Of a stretch of DNA of 49,328 nt, positions 28,720 to 38,328 are shown in pieces. The position numbers were made by a program, and so were the translations under genes. The notes below the pieces were generated by a model. It saw only the letters and a list, made by a program, of their open reading frames with translations. It was not told the origin of the DNA and made no database searches. The stretch is taken from positions 1 through 49,328 of IMG/VR virus record IMGVR_UViG_2778261065_000024. One strand, 5' to 3'. This DNA is from a virus (Duplodnaviria > Heunggongvirae > Uroviricota > Caudoviricetes). Position 1 is the stretch's first letter; each line of letters opens with the position of its first letter.

Positions 28720-29360
28720 CGTACAGCCTCCGCAATCCGGCCCAGCACCGTGTTATAAATCAGGCGCTCATCTGCCTGGCTGATACCCAGCAGCTCACGT
28801 ACCGGGTAATCGGTGAAAATGCCCGGCGCAACCTGATCGCGCTCACCGAACTGATGAACGCGGGCAATACGTGCGGCCACGCCGCTGTAACCCACCGTCA
28901 CACCGGAAGCATCTGCACGGGCTTTCAGGTAGCGGGCGGTGCGCAGTTTTACGAACATGGGGACGCGCTTTGTGCTATCCTGGTTGATGCGCCGGGTGCG
29001 TATTTCCAGAAAACGGTCGATGTCATCCCGGTAAAACGTGCGGATATTGTTTTTATCCTCATCCCACCCGGTAATGGTTCGCCCGTATTTCCCCGTGTCG
29101 TGATGCCAGTTTTTCAGCGTGCGTGCTTCGTTATTCCAGATAAAGCGAATGCGCTCCTGTATCCGGGTTACGCGGCGTCTGCGTGGTGTCCACGCGGTCC
29201 CGTCCGGCGCTTTCTGTGACCGGATACGCGCCTGCTGGGCGCGGCGTAAATCCTGTGCCAGCTTTCTGGCGATGTTATTGATGGCCTGCTGATTCAGGCT
29301 GTCGCGGATGGCCTCAAAGGTTTCATCCACGCGGATGAATGCCTTATCCATCGCTTTCAC
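28716..29360 (-). CDS. S: tail completion protein gpS carrying an in-frame internal insertion of about 60 aa
   Basis: 214 aa against 150 aa for the other copy; both ends align with gpS but a block (RIRFIWNNEARTLKNWHHDTGKYGRTITGWDEDKNNIRTFYRDDIDRFLEIRTRR) is inserted. Confidence 0.8.
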   Translation of the reverse strand: MKAMDKAFIRVDETFEAIRDSLNQQAINNIARKLAQDLRRAQQARIRSQKAPDGTAWTPRRRRVTRIQERIRFIWNNEARTLKNWHHDTGKYGRTITGWDEDKNNIRTFYRDDIDRFLEIRTRRINQDSTKRVPMFVKLRTARYLKARADASGVTVGYSGVAARIARVHQFGERDQVAPGIFTDYPVRELLGISQADERLIYNTVLGRIAEAVR

Positions 29361-29811
29361 CCCACGTCACATCCTGGAATACATGCGACCAGTCGCCTTC
29401 GGAAGAGGGCAGGCGGGGTTTTGGCTCCGGCAGGTGTTCTGCCTGCGGTGTACCCTGACTGCTGCGCGTGATGCGAACGCGTTCCCGCAGGGGGAGCGTA
29501 AACAGGAGATCGGCGCTGTCATCGTCATTGATAACGGCAGAAAATTTGATGTCCTGATTACGCTCCGGATTGAGCAACAACTGTGGCTGATTTTCGGATA
29601 ACCACGCCAGCAGCGGCAGCGTGAGGTCGTCCAGCTCTCCGGCGTAATCCATGACAAACATCACCATCTGATAGCGGTAAACAAACGAGGGAGTTTCTCC
29701 GGTCGTTTCAATATTGCCGCTCTCCACGAAAATGGTGAATTTTTCCGGGTTGGCCTGACACCATCGGCATGAACGGGTCATGGCTTCACGCAGGGAATCA
29801 GTTTTCAGCAT
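29344..29811 (-). CDS. R: tail completion protein gpR (second segment)
   Basis: 155 aa; P2 R-like; paralogue of 18289-18720. Confidence 0.8.
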   Translation of the reverse strand: MLKTDSLREAMTRSCRWCQANPEKFTIFVESGNIETTGETPSFVYRYQMVMFVMDYAGELDDLTLPLLAWLSENQPQLLLNPERNQDIKFSAVINDDDSADLLFTLPLRERVRITRSSQGTPQAEHLPEPKPRLPSSEGDWSHVFQDVTWGESDG

Positions 29812-30088
29812 GGTTGTTATCCTCGTTGTTCAGTCGTTGCAGCCTGCGCTGTTCCAGTAATTCAATGGCCCGTTTATCCGCGTTACAGGTTTCCAGTGCA
29901 TCCAGAAGGCGGTCGCCCCATATACCGAGATTTCCCCATGTGGGAGTATCAGGGAAGGGGGGAGGCGTTACCGGTATGGTCAGCGTCTGCGGTATAAGCC
30001 GGACTGACGGCGCTGGCCGTGGCGCGTTCTGCGTGCCTGCGCAACCTGTCAGTAAAACGAGCGTCAGGCAAAGCGTGGGCGCATTCAT
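29798..30088 (-). CDS. lysC: o-spanin (LysC/Rz1-like lipoprotein)
   Basis: MNAPTLCLTLVLLTGC with lipobox LTGC; proline-rich body; overlaps the i-spanin 3' end. Confidence 0.55.
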   Translation of the reverse strand: MNAPTLCLTLVLLTGCAGTQNAPRPAPSVRLIPQTLTIPVTPPPFPDTPTWGNLGIWGDRLLDALETCNADKRAIELLEQRRLQRLNNEDNNHAEN

Positions 30089-30356
30089 CTTTTGCAATAT
30101 CGTTGCGTAGCTGTTCACGTCTGGCCTCTCCGTCCTGATTTCTCTGTTGATTTTCCACGCGGAGTTGCGCCAGCACCTGCTGCATATCCTGTACCCCGGT
30201 GCTGATGATATTCAGGGTGTCGACGGTACTTTTCAGGGTGCTGGCCTGCGCTTCGTTTCTGGCGTTCTCCCGGCCCAGCGACCACGACAGACGCATGGAT
30301 GTTCCCCATGCGGCAATCAGAAGAAAAGCGACGCCCAGAGAAGTCCATAACCTCAT
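29949..30356 (-). CDS. lysB: i-spanin (LysB/Rz-like)
   Basis: 135 aa; N-terminal TM helix (LGVAFLLIAAWG); follows the endolysin. Confidence 0.6.
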   Translation of the reverse strand: MRLWTSLGVAFLLIAAWGTSMRLSWSLGRENARNEAQASTLKSTVDTLNIISTGVQDMQQVLAQLRVENQQRNQDGEARREQLRNDIAKDECAHALPDARFTDRLRRHAERATASAVSPAYTADADHTGNASPLP

Positions 30357-30898
30357 GCTGCCACGCGTTCCTTTATCCAGCCGTAGACAAACGACTCGTT
30401 GGCTTCGCGTTTTTCCGCCAGCTCCAGATAGCGTTCACCCTGTGTACAGTTCAGTGCTGTTAACATCACCATCTCGCCGTCCCGACCGCGTTTTTCCAGA
30501 TATGCACACAATGCGTTAATCGTGCGTGGGCCAGTGCGTCCGTCCGTGTCCATATCGGGATACAGTTTCCCGCCCTGATTGAATGCGTTCAGCCAGCGCT
30601 GAAGCATTCTGGTTGCCACAGACGGTCCCATATTTACTCCGGTGTCACACAGTTCTGCGGCAATATCCGGGGACAGCTTCGCTATCTGATCAAAACGCGG
30701 TCCGTACCAGTAATCAGCTTCAAGGATTTCCAGTGCCTGTCCGCGCGTTAAATCACGCATATCGCCACGGTATCCGTGCGCCCGTGCCACCTTTTCAGTG
30801 ATGCCCCATTTTGTCGGACCGCCTCTGTCATCCGGGTGATTGACGTAGCCGCCTTCTTTGCCAAGAACGGCATCAAAAATTTCGTCTTTCGATTTCAT
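30353..30898 (-). CDS. endolysin, GH108-type N-terminal domain plus peptidoglycan-binding C-terminal domain
   Basis: N-terminal EGGYVNHPDDRGGPTKWGIT pattern typical of the GH108 family; lysis cassette position. Confidence 0.8.
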   Translation of the reverse strand: MKSKDEIFDAVLGKEGGYVNHPDDRGGPTKWGITEKVARAHGYRGDMRDLTRGQALEILEADYWYGPRFDQIAKLSPDIAAELCDTGVNMGPSVATRMLQRWLNAFNQGGKLYPDMDTDGRTGPRTINALCAYLEKRGRDGEMVMLTALNCTQGERYLELAEKREANESFVYGWIKERVAA

Positions 30899-30952
30899 TT
30901 CGTCACCTCTGTGAATGATTTTTATGGTGATTACCGGCTTTAAGCCTGCGAC

Positions 30953-31276
30953 TTATTCATCTCCCTTTTGGGTTATGCGGTTAAAGGCGGCAATGATCTT
31001 GTCGCGTGCTTTTTCTGCGCCCATAAAACCGATAGATGCGCCGAAAAACGTCACGGCATCTTCAGGAACTCCGAAGAAGCGCAACGACCCGGCCACGGCC
31101 ATGGCAAGAACGCCGCACGCCAGCGATCCCGTTACGGTCTGAACCAGCGTTCGTCCGTCATAAAGACTCATCAGCGCGGAAATGCTGACCGCCGCGCCTG
31201 CTGCATACACCGTTGGCAGGTGGTCAAAGAGCCACGCAATAACCTGCTCTGTGATCCCTGTTTGAATGGTGCTCAC
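30953..31276 (-). CDS. holin (start assigned to GTG at 31276)
   Basis: About 107 aa with hydrophobic helices; between X and the endolysin; the track ORF extends upstream through the X gene in another frame. Confidence 0.55.
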   Translation of the reverse strand: MSTIQTGITEQVIAWLFDHLPTVYAAGAAVSISALMSLYDGRTLVQTVTGSLACGVLAMAVAGSLRFFGVPEDAVTFFGASIGFMGAEKARDKIIAAFNRITQKGDE

Positions 31277-31278
31277 TA

Positions 31279-31479
31279 CTACCCCCCCCACAACTGAATC
31301 ATTTCTCGTTTCTTCTTCTCCGGCTCCGGCATCTCCACGTCCTGCCCGGCGTCCAGAAATACCTGCTGACAGAGTCCGGGGTTGGCATCCAGTACCTTTT
31401 CGGTGACGCCCTGCGTCGTGCCGTAGTACCGGAAACAGAGCGAATCCACGGTGTCGCCTTCCTGTGCCTTCACTTTCAT
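31279..31479 (-). CDS. X: tail protein gpX (second segment)
   Basis: 66 aa MKVKAQEGDTVDSLCFRYYGTTQGVTEKVLDANPGL; paralogue of 16850-17053; ATG overlaps the L stop (ATGA). Confidence 0.75.
   Translation of the reverse strand: MKVKAQEGDTVDSLCFRYYGTTQGVTEKVLDANPGLCQQVFLDAGQDVEMPEPEKKKREMIQLWGG
31282..31289. repeat. C8 (G8 on the coding strand) homopolymer at the 3' end of gene X, at the X/holin junction
   Basis: cccccccc at 31282-31289; on the minus strand it encodes W-G-G followed by TAG. Confidence 0.9.
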
Positions 31480-31973
31480 CAGCACAGCTCCGCAAAGATT
31501 CGCGGGCGGCACAGAATGTCAGAGATGGCCCAGCTCACATCGCGCCACAAATCCGATGTCTGTATATCCAGTGCGTCCGCCCGGCGGTCGCCCTTGTCCG
31601 TTGTGTCCGCATCGCGGTAACGCTCCAGAATCAGGGCGCGTGTGGCGGTATAAACAGCATTGCGCCAGTGCCAGAGATTGACGCTTTCTCCGTTAATTAC
31701 GGGTGCCGGAACATCGGCCAGCGTCTGATGGCCAGCCGCCTGCTGTTCCTGCTGCCATGCTTCCAGCTCGCGGGTAACGTGAGCCACGGCCCCGGTGGCA
31801 GTATGCAGCAGGCGGGAGGTGGTCACGCGGCCCGGCAGTCGTACCGCCAGACGCAGCTCGCGCAGCACAATATCCGGCCAGAATGCACCTGCTGAAATGC
31901 GAGTGTCGCCATCATCGGTATCGGTGATGTCGTCCTCTGCGGGTCTTGGTTCAGTTCTGGCAACCATACTCAT
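31479..31973 (-). CDS. L: head completion protein gpL (second segment)
   Basis: ATG at 31973 after AGGAGTG; paralogue of 16386-16850 (SDLWRD, WAIS). Confidence 0.8.
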   Translation of the reverse strand: MSMVARTEPRPAEDDITDTDDGDTRISAGAFWPDIVLRELRLAVRLPGRVTTSRLLHTATGAVAHVTRELEAWQQEQQAAGHQTLADVPAPVINGESVNLWHWRNAVYTATRALILERYRDADTTDKGDRRADALDIQTSDLWRDVSWAISDILCRPRIFAELC

Positions 31974-32076
31974 GGGGTTCACTCCTGAAAAAAAATCGGG
32001 CGGTGGGTGCGCGGTGTAAACGGTCACGGAGTCAAACCGGAACACCGCGCACGCCGCCCGCTGACGGGGTCAGTCG

Positions 32077-32877
32077 TTAACCGCGCTTCGCTTTCTGCGT
32101 CGCGGTGGTTTTTCGTGTTGCAGGCTTCCGCGTTGTCTTTTTACTTTTGCTGCTTTCGTCCTGCGCCTGCTGTGCGCTGGCGTCTTCTGATGCGTCTGCG
32201 GAATCGGCTTTTTTCAGGGCGCGGGAAAGGGTTGCAATCTCGCGTTTCACACCTGCGTTCGGGTTCAGGTGCATCGCTTCGCGCAGCAGCTTCAGTGATG
32301 AGGCCATGCTGTCTGCATCGGTCAGGCCACGACGGGCAAAGGCACACGCCTTGCATAATTTGGCGCGCACTTCGTCCGGCATGTCCTGGTTGGCGACAAT
32401 TTCCCAAAGTGTGTCCAGTGGTTCGATAAAGGCGGATAAATCCGCGTCGGCATCCGTCCCGGCCTGCGTCAGTACCGGGTTGCAGATTTCTTCGGTCAGT
32501 ACCGTGGCAGCAGTACGTCCAAAGTTATCCGGCATGATGAGGTTGTGACGGACCACATATGCACCAATACGCAGCGCCAGCGGAAGATCGCCGCAGTCAA
32601 TCGCCCACACCATCAGCGTGGCAATCACTTCATCCTGCTGCCCGCCGTCAGCCTCCAGCGTTCCCTCAATCCAGCCGGAAAAGTCCGGCAATAACTCTTT
32701 TTTGATGGCGGCTTTCGCGCTTCTGGCCTGTACGCCCTTAAGCCGGGCCTGTGCCAGACGCAGACGATACAGCACCTCTTCATGCGCGGTACGCGCGGCG
32801 TGGTCCACGCCTTCATTCGCCCGGCCTGCGCGCTGTGCCATCACGTTCTGCCAGTGTTGCTGTGCAGGAGTAATCAT
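32077..32877 (-). CDS. M: terminase small/endonuclease subunit gpM (second segment)
   Basis: 266 aa; synteny; basic C-terminal tail. Confidence 0.85.
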   Translation of the reverse strand: MITPAQQHWQNVMAQRAGRANEGVDHAARTAHEEVLYRLRLAQARLKGVQARSAKAAIKKELLPDFSGWIEGTLEADGGQQDEVIATLMVWAIDCGDLPLALRIGAYVVRHNLIMPDNFGRTAATVLTEEICNPVLTQAGTDADADLSAFIEPLDTLWEIVANQDMPDEVRAKLCKACAFARRGLTDADSMASSLKLLREAMHLNPNAGVKREIATLSRALKKADSADASEDASAQQAQDESSKSKKTTRKPATRKTTATQKAKRG

Positions 32878-32922
32878 TTTTTCTCTCCGTTACAGGCGGG
32901 CATGATGCCCGCCGTGAGTTGA

Positions 32923-33975
32923 TTAGCTGTCGGCGAACTTCAGGCCAGTGACCATCGCGCACTTGCCATAGTCTTCAACGACATAAGCGTCATTGATGGA
33001 CTGGTAGGTGGCGATGCGGTTGTATTCCGGTTCGTCTTTCATCAGACGACGCATTGAACCTTTCTGCCAGTAAATCGACAGGTTGTTGAACGAGGTGATC
33101 AGCATCGTTGCATCCGGGAAGAACGGCGCAAGGAACACGCCCAGCCCGCCAATGGTGCGCGATGACAGGATGAGCTGCCCGGCAAGTAATTCCGCATTGG
33201 GATTCTGGCCGCTGATGCTGTTCAGCACGGGCAGACGCAGCGAGTTAAACAGGTTGCGCCCCATAATCACCACGAGGTCGTCAGCTTCCTTGTGCCATTC
33301 ATCCAGCAGGGATGAGCGTGCGTCCTGTACCAGTGCATCAGCGTTCGCATACTTACCCGCGTGCGCCACGGTGTTGTCCATGTTGCGGGAGGTCAGCGTC
33401 ACGTCATTCATAACGCGCTCGCTGGCGTCGGTTCTGATGTGCTCCAGCCAGCCCACGTTAACGTCCTGAAGCAGCTTGTTGGTGCTGAAGTTGGACTCAT
33501 CCGCGTGAGACGTGCCGTTGAAACCGATCATGATGCGGTCAAGTGCCACCTGCCGGGCAATCTGTGCGCTGATGCGGGACTGAAAATCAGGGTGTGCCGA
33601 CCAGGCATCAAGCTGCGGATATGAAATAAACGTGTCGTAGTTCACCTGTTCGCACTGGTATTTGCGGTTTTTCAGATCAACCACGTTATTCGGGTTACGG
33701 CGTTTTGTGCCGTCATAACTGGTATTCGTGCGCGCAATCGGTCCTGTGGTGTCCAGGAGGATTTTTTCGCCTTTCTGGTCGGTCACGCCGATCACGTTAA
33801 TTCTTTTCGTAAATTCGGTACTTTCCTTTGAGGCGTTTTCAAAACGCTGCTGCACTGCGGGTTCCACGGTAAATCGCGATACCAGTGCAGAAACCGGGAT
33901 ATTGTTAAGCGACGCCTGCTGCGCCATATAGCAACCCAGCTTGTTGCGGGTAATATCTGACATCACCAGATTCAT
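32923..33975 (-). CDS. N: major capsid protein gpN (second segment)
   Basis: 350 aa; paralogue of 14578-15636. Confidence 0.9.
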   Translation of the reverse strand: MNLVMSDITRNKLGCYMAQQASLNNIPVSALVSRFTVEPAVQQRFENASKESTEFTKRINVIGVTDQKGEKILLDTTGPIARTNTSYDGTKRRNPNNVVDLKNRKYQCEQVNYDTFISYPQLDAWSAHPDFQSRISAQIARQVALDRIMIGFNGTSHADESNFSTNKLLQDVNVGWLEHIRTDASERVMNDVTLTSRNMDNTVAHAGKYANADALVQDARSSLLDEWHKEADDLVVIMGRNLFNSLRLPVLNSISGQNPNAELLAGQLILSSRTIGGLGVFLAPFFPDATMLITSFNNLSIYWQKGSMRRLMKDEPEYNRIATYQSINDAYVVEDYGKCAMVTGLKFADS

Positions 33976-33997
33976 AAAAATTTGCTCCTTTGTCTTA

Positions 33998-34834
33998 TCA
34001 GAAGTCAGCCAGCTGGTCGGAGGCTGCGCCCGTTGCGGTGAACCGGTTCTGCGGATCGCCGTCCTGCGTGCGCAGTTTTTCCTTCAGTGCTGCCAGCTCT
34101 GTGGTCAGTGACGTGATTTTCTGGCGGTCCTGCTGATGGCGGGTTTCCAGCACATTAAAACGGTCGATAATGTCGGCCTGTGACGTTGCGACGCTTTCCA
34201 CCGCTTCCTGAATACGGGAGAAACTGGCGTCATCCGCTTTGCGGCCACGACCAATAATCCCCATTACGCGGTTAAACCACTGGGTGCCTTCTTCCTGGCG
34301 TTGTTCTGCCATTTCGATGATTTCAGACTCGATGGCTTCGGAGATAAGCGGTGCTTCACCCTGGATACTGTTGAACGTCATCACCGCCTGACGTTGCTGT
34401 GCCGTGAATTTCAGGCGCTCAGTGCCCAGGCTTGCCGGGGTGTCGGTCATCGCCAGCCCGACCAGATAGGCGCGCCCGTTAACGGAGAACTGCGGGTGCA
34501 GTTCGATACTGGAATAGATTTTCTTGCCGTCAGCGACAAGCTGCTTCATGCGCTCGGTCGGTTCGATTTCTGCATACAGCGCAGTACGTCCGGCCAGCGG
34601 GCCTTCCGTAATATCTTCCGTACTCAGCGCGGTGACATCGCCCATTGCGGAAAATTCGCTTGACGGGCATGGCGAGAGATAGTGCTCAACGTTCACGCGG
34701 GCAGCGTAAACATCCGGGTTGAAGTTCTCGGCGGCTTCACGCAGATGTACCGGGCTGATTTCGCGGCCATCAACAGTTGATCCGGAGACAGCCACGCGAA
34801 ACTTTTTGCGGGATGTCTTTTTTTCATTAGCCAT
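33998..34834 (-). CDS. O: capsid scaffolding protein gpO (second segment)
   Basis: ATG at 34834 after AGAGGGG; N-terminus MANEKKTSRKKFRVAVSGSTVDGREI; ORF extends to 34867. Confidence 0.85.
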   Translation of the reverse strand: MANEKKTSRKKFRVAVSGSTVDGREISPVHLREAAENFNPDVYAARVNVEHYLSPCPSSEFSAMGDVTALSTEDITEGPLAGRTALYAEIEPTERMKQLVADGKKIYSSIELHPQFSVNGRAYLVGLAMTDTPASLGTERLKFTAQQRQAVMTFNSIQGEAPLISEAIESEIIEMAEQRQEEGTQWFNRVMGIIGRGRKADDASFSRIQEAVESVATSQADIIDRFNVLETRHQQDRQKITSLTTELAALKEKLRTQDGDPQNRFTATGAASDQLADF

Positions 34835-34988
34835 AGTTTTTGCCCCTCTGACTGGTTCTTCAGTCATGATGGCAAAGCGTAACAGGCTGATACAAAGGGC
34901 TTTTGTTGTAAGAAAACGGCCAGAACAGGGGGTTAAGGAGAACGGTTTCGCGCGCGGGTAATCTTCCTGTAATTACTCAGGGGGAGCA

Positions 34989-36740
34989 ATGATTCAGGAC
35001 GCTTTTGTGCGCCAGCGTGCGCGGCAACTTTACTGGCAGGGTTATCCGCCCGCAGAAATATCACGTCTGATGGGAATAAACCCGAACACGATTTATGCGT
35101 GGAAAAAACGCGACCAGTGGGATGAAACGCCACCCGTGCAGCGTGTCACGCAGTCCATCGATGCGCGCCTCATCCAGCTTACTGAAAAACAGAATAAAAC
35201 AGGCGGTGACTTTAAGGAAATAGACCTGCTGACCCGGCAGCTTAAAAAGCTGCATGATGGCCAGCCGGATGTGATGGCCGCAGGAAAGAAAGGCCGGGCG
35301 AAAAAACTCAAAAATCATTTCACGCCGGAACAGATTGCCGCACTGCGGGAAAAAATCATCAGCAGGCTGGAGTGGCATCAGCGGGGCTGGTTTGACTCCC
35401 TGACCCTTTGCAGGGAAGCCGGGATACGTAACAGGATGATCCTGAAATCCCGACAGATTGGGGCGACCTGGTATTTTGCACAGGAAGCTCTGCTGATGGC
35501 GTTGCGTGACGATGTGGCGCAACCTTACCAGCGTAACCAGATTTTTTTGTCTGCGTCGCGTCGTCAGGCGTTCCAGTTTAAAAGCATTATTCAGAAGGCC
35601 GCGGCTGAAGTTGATGTGGAGCTGAAAGGGGGCGATAAAATCATCCTCTCCAACGGCGCAGAGCTGCATTTTCTCGGCACTTCTGCTGCGTCGGCACAGT
35701 CCTATACGGGCAATTTTTATTTTGATGAATTTTTCTGGGTCAGTCGCTTTGCTGAACTGCGCAAGGTGGCTGGCGCTATGGCAACCCTCAGCGGACTGCG
35801 GCGCACCTACTTCTCCACGCCATCCACCGAAACGCACGAGGCATACGCCTACTGGAACGGCGACCGCTGGAACGAGAAAAAGGCCTCGCATAAACGCCAG
35901 CGTTTTTCTGTGGACTGGAAAACGCTGCATAACGGGCTTATCTGCCCTGACCGGACGTGGCGGCAAATTGTTACGCTGGAAGATGTGGTTAATCACGGCT
36001 GGAAACACACCGATATTGACGAAATCCGTGATGAAAACACCGAAGACGAGTTCCTCAATCTCTATATGTGTGAGTTTGTTCGCGAAGGGGAATCGGCATT
36101 TAACCTGAATATCCTGATTGGCTGCGGTGTTGACGGATACGACGACTGGAAAGACTGGAAACCTTTTGCTCCCCGCCCGATGGGGAATCGTCCGGTATGG
36201 ATTGGGTATGACGCAAACGGCAGCAGTGGCAACGGCGACAGCGGCGCTGTGTCCGTGGTGGTTCCTCCGGCTGTTCCTGGTGGCCGTTTTCGAACGGTGG
36301 AGACGCGACGCGTTCAGGGGCTGGAGTTTGAAGAACAGGCCAGAGTCATTGAAGAGTTCACGTGTCGCTACAACGTGGAACACATCGGCATTGATGTGAC
36401 GGGCGGGAACGGGGAGGCTGTTTATCAGATAGTGAAGCGGTTTTTCCCTGCTGCTATTCCGTACACCTTCACGCTGTCATCCAAACGGTCGCTGGTACTG
36501 AAAATGCTGCAAATAATGCGTGCCGGACGGTGGGAATACGATCGCGCCGAACGCGAGCTGGTCGCGGCCTTTAACGCCGTGCGTAAGGTGAAAACACCGG
36601 GCGGCTTTATCACTTACGAAACGGACCGCGCGAGGGGGATCAGCCACGGCGACCTTGCGTGGGCAACCATGCTTGCTGTCATTAACGAACCGATTGGCGG
36701 CGAAGGAGAAAACGAGCGTTTCACGGTTATGGAGTTCTGA
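34989..36740 (+). CDS. P: terminase large (ATPase) subunit gpP (second segment)
   Basis: 583 aa; paralogue of 11819-13585. Confidence 0.9.
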   Translation: MIQDAFVRQRARQLYWQGYPPAEISRLMGINPNTIYAWKKRDQWDETPPVQRVTQSIDARLIQLTEKQNKTGGDFKEIDLLTRQLKKLHDGQPDVMAAGKKGRAKKLKNHFTPEQIAALREKIISRLEWHQRGWFDSLTLCREAGIRNRMILKSRQIGATWYFAQEALLMALRDDVAQPYQRNQIFLSASRRQAFQFKSIIQKAAAEVDVELKGGDKIILSNGAELHFLGTSAASAQSYTGNFYFDEFFWVSRFAELRKVAGAMATLSGLRRTYFSTPSTETHEAYAYWNGDRWNEKKASHKRQRFSVDWKTLHNGLICPDRTWRQIVTLEDVVNHGWKHTDIDEIRDENTEDEFLNLYMCEFVREGESAFNLNILIGCGVDGYDDWKDWKPFAPRPMGNRPVWIGYDANGSSGNGDSGAVSVVVPPAVPGGRFRTVETRRVQGLEFEEQARVIEEFTCRYNVEHIGIDVTGGNGEAVYQIVKRFFPAAIPYTFTLSSKRSLVLKMLQIMRAGRWEYDRAERELVAAFNAVRKVKTPGGFITYETDRARGISHGDLAWATMLAVINEPIGGEGENERFTVMEF

Positions 36741-37786
36741 TGAGCAGAAAAAATAAAAAAGCGCGCATGAGTTCACGCATTGATCTCGCTGATGCGCTCA
36801 GGAAAGAATCATCGCTCAGTGCATTCACATTTGATGGTCCTTATCGCCTGACCGGGCATGACCTGCTGGACAATATGTACTGTGCTGATAACGGGCGGTG
36901 GTATGAAACCCCGGTGGACTGGTACGGTCTGGCAAGAGCAGCCCGGCAAACGTCCTGGCATCAGTCTGCGCTTTACTTTAAGCGCAATGTATTACTCGGT
37001 TGCTACATCCCGCACCCGCTGCTTTCCCGGCAGGATTTCTCGGCGCTGGCGCTGGACTGGTTTGTGTTCGGTAACGCATTCCTTGAGCTTCGAAGCAATA
37101 TGCTCGGCGAACCGCTTAAATTACGGCACGCACTGGCGAAATACATGCGACGCGGAAGCGATCTTGAATCATGGTGGTATGTGCAGGATGGCAAGGACGC
37201 GTTCCAGTTTCGCCCTGGCAAAGTGTGCCACCTGATGAATCCTGACATTAGCCAGGAAATCTACGGCATGCCGGAATATCTCGGCGCATTACTCTCGGCC
37301 AGCCTGTCTCATTCGGCGGACATGTTCAGAAAACTGTATTACGACAACGGATCCCACGCCGGGTGCATCATCTACATCGGTGCAGCGCAGGTAAACCGCG
37401 AAAGCATGGACTCCCTGAAAGAAACGTTACAGGGTGCGCGCGGTGGTGGCGCGTTTAAAAACGTGCTCATCCATGCGCCCAACGGGGGCAAAGAGGGGGT
37501 GCAAATTTTGCCGTTCCAGCAGATCACCGCAAAGGATGAGTTCATGAATGTTAAGGCGGCATCCCGTGATGATGTGCTGGCTGCGCACCGCGTTCCGCCG
37601 CAACTGATGGGGGCGATGCCGGGCGAAAAAAGTGCGTTTGGTGATGTGGAGAAGGCCGCGCGGGTTTACGCAATTAACGAGCTGATGCCCGTCATGGAGG
37701 CCATGAAGCACATCAATGACTGGCTTGGCGAAGAGGTGATCCGCTTTAACCCTTACGCACTGTTAGACACCCAGCCCACATCCTGA
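36740..37786 (+). CDS. Q: portal protein gpQ (second segment)
   Basis: 348 aa; paralogue of 10785-11822. Confidence 0.9.
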   Translation: MSRKNKKARMSSRIDLADALRKESSLSAFTFDGPYRLTGHDLLDNMYCADNGRWYETPVDWYGLARAARQTSWHQSALYFKRNVLLGCYIPHPLLSRQDFSALALDWFVFGNAFLELRSNMLGEPLKLRHALAKYMRRGSDLESWWYVQDGKDAFQFRPGKVCHLMNPDISQEIYGMPEYLGALLSASLSHSADMFRKLYYDNGSHAGCIIYIGAAQVNRESMDSLKETLQGARGGGAFKNVLIHAPNGGKEGVQILPFQQITAKDEFMNVKAASRDDVLAAHRVPPQLMGAMPGEKSAFGDVEKAARVYAINELMPVMEAMKHINDWLGEEVIRFNPYALLDTQPTS

Positions 37787-37803
37787 CGCGCTTCGCTTGT
37801 CTG

Positions 37804-37846
37804 CTGCTTCGCCGGGGCATAAAAAATTTATGCCCCGGCGAAGCAG
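37804..37846. terminator. perfect 20-bp inverted repeat with 3-nt spacer downstream of Q (terminator-like or structural site)
   Basis: CTGCTTCGCCGGGGCATAAA-aaa-TTTATGCCCCGGCGAAGCAG. Confidence 0.5.
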
Positions 37847-38097
37847 CTCCTGTATCAGTCAGATAATTTCACGACGCTTTCCTGCTGATTGCCATCATCG
37901 ACAGTCAGACTCTTACGCAATTCCACCGCGTTGACTGCATGTTTTCGCCGTCTCAGTGCGATTTTGACGGCCTTACCTTTCACCCCATCAAATCAAAAGC
38001 CCTCACGTCTTTTTCACGCTCAGCGTGAGAAATACAGCCATTCTGTTGTATCTCTGCGACATCGTTCAGGGAATGCTATTTACCCCCTGAAACGCGG

Positions 38098-38121
38098 GCT
38101 GTTCCCCCGTCACCTGCGCGC
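38098..38121 (-). other. possible cos-like element of the second segment (very tentative)
   Basis: gctgttcccccgtcacctgcgcgc loosely resembles the reverse complement of the candidate cos at 9949-9967. Confidence 0.2.
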
Positions 38122-38210
38122 AGAAAAAACGCGTTTTTTTGTGCACGCACGGATCCCTGACGGATCCAGCCGCCACGCGGGCCGGAAGGGCAAAAAGTCG
38201 TTCAAAAAAA

Positions 38211-38240
38211 TTGTGCAAATTTGTGCACTATTGTGCAACA
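38211..38240. repeat. three tandem 10-bp repeats TTGTGCA(aat/cta/aca)
   Basis: ttgtgcaaat ttgtgcacta ttgtgcaaca, helical-turn periodicity, in the Q / cargo intergenic region. Confidence 0.6.
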
Positions 38241-38263
38241 GAGAAAGAAGGCCAGGAAGAAAG

Positions 38264-38290
38264 AAAAGCCGCCTTTAAAAGGCAGCTTTT
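38264..38290 (-). terminator. rho-independent terminator candidate for the cargo operon
   Basis: Imperfect hairpin AGCCGCCTTT/AAAGGCAGCT followed on the minus strand by a T-rich run; just downstream of the toxin gene stop. Confidence 0.45.
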
Positions 38291-38328
38291 CAGATTAGTA
38301 AGGGATTGATAGATAGTCGTCGCAAAAC

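Noticed and set aside
35061-36383. 440-aa minus-strand ORF inside the second terminase gene
   Set aside because: Antisense to a conserved paralogous gene; no start context; low-complexity translation
37889-38278. 129-aa plus-strand ORF in the cos/intergenic region after Q
   Set aside because: Arg/Ser-rich low-complexity translation in a region dense with palindromes and repeats; no RBS; more likely noncoding
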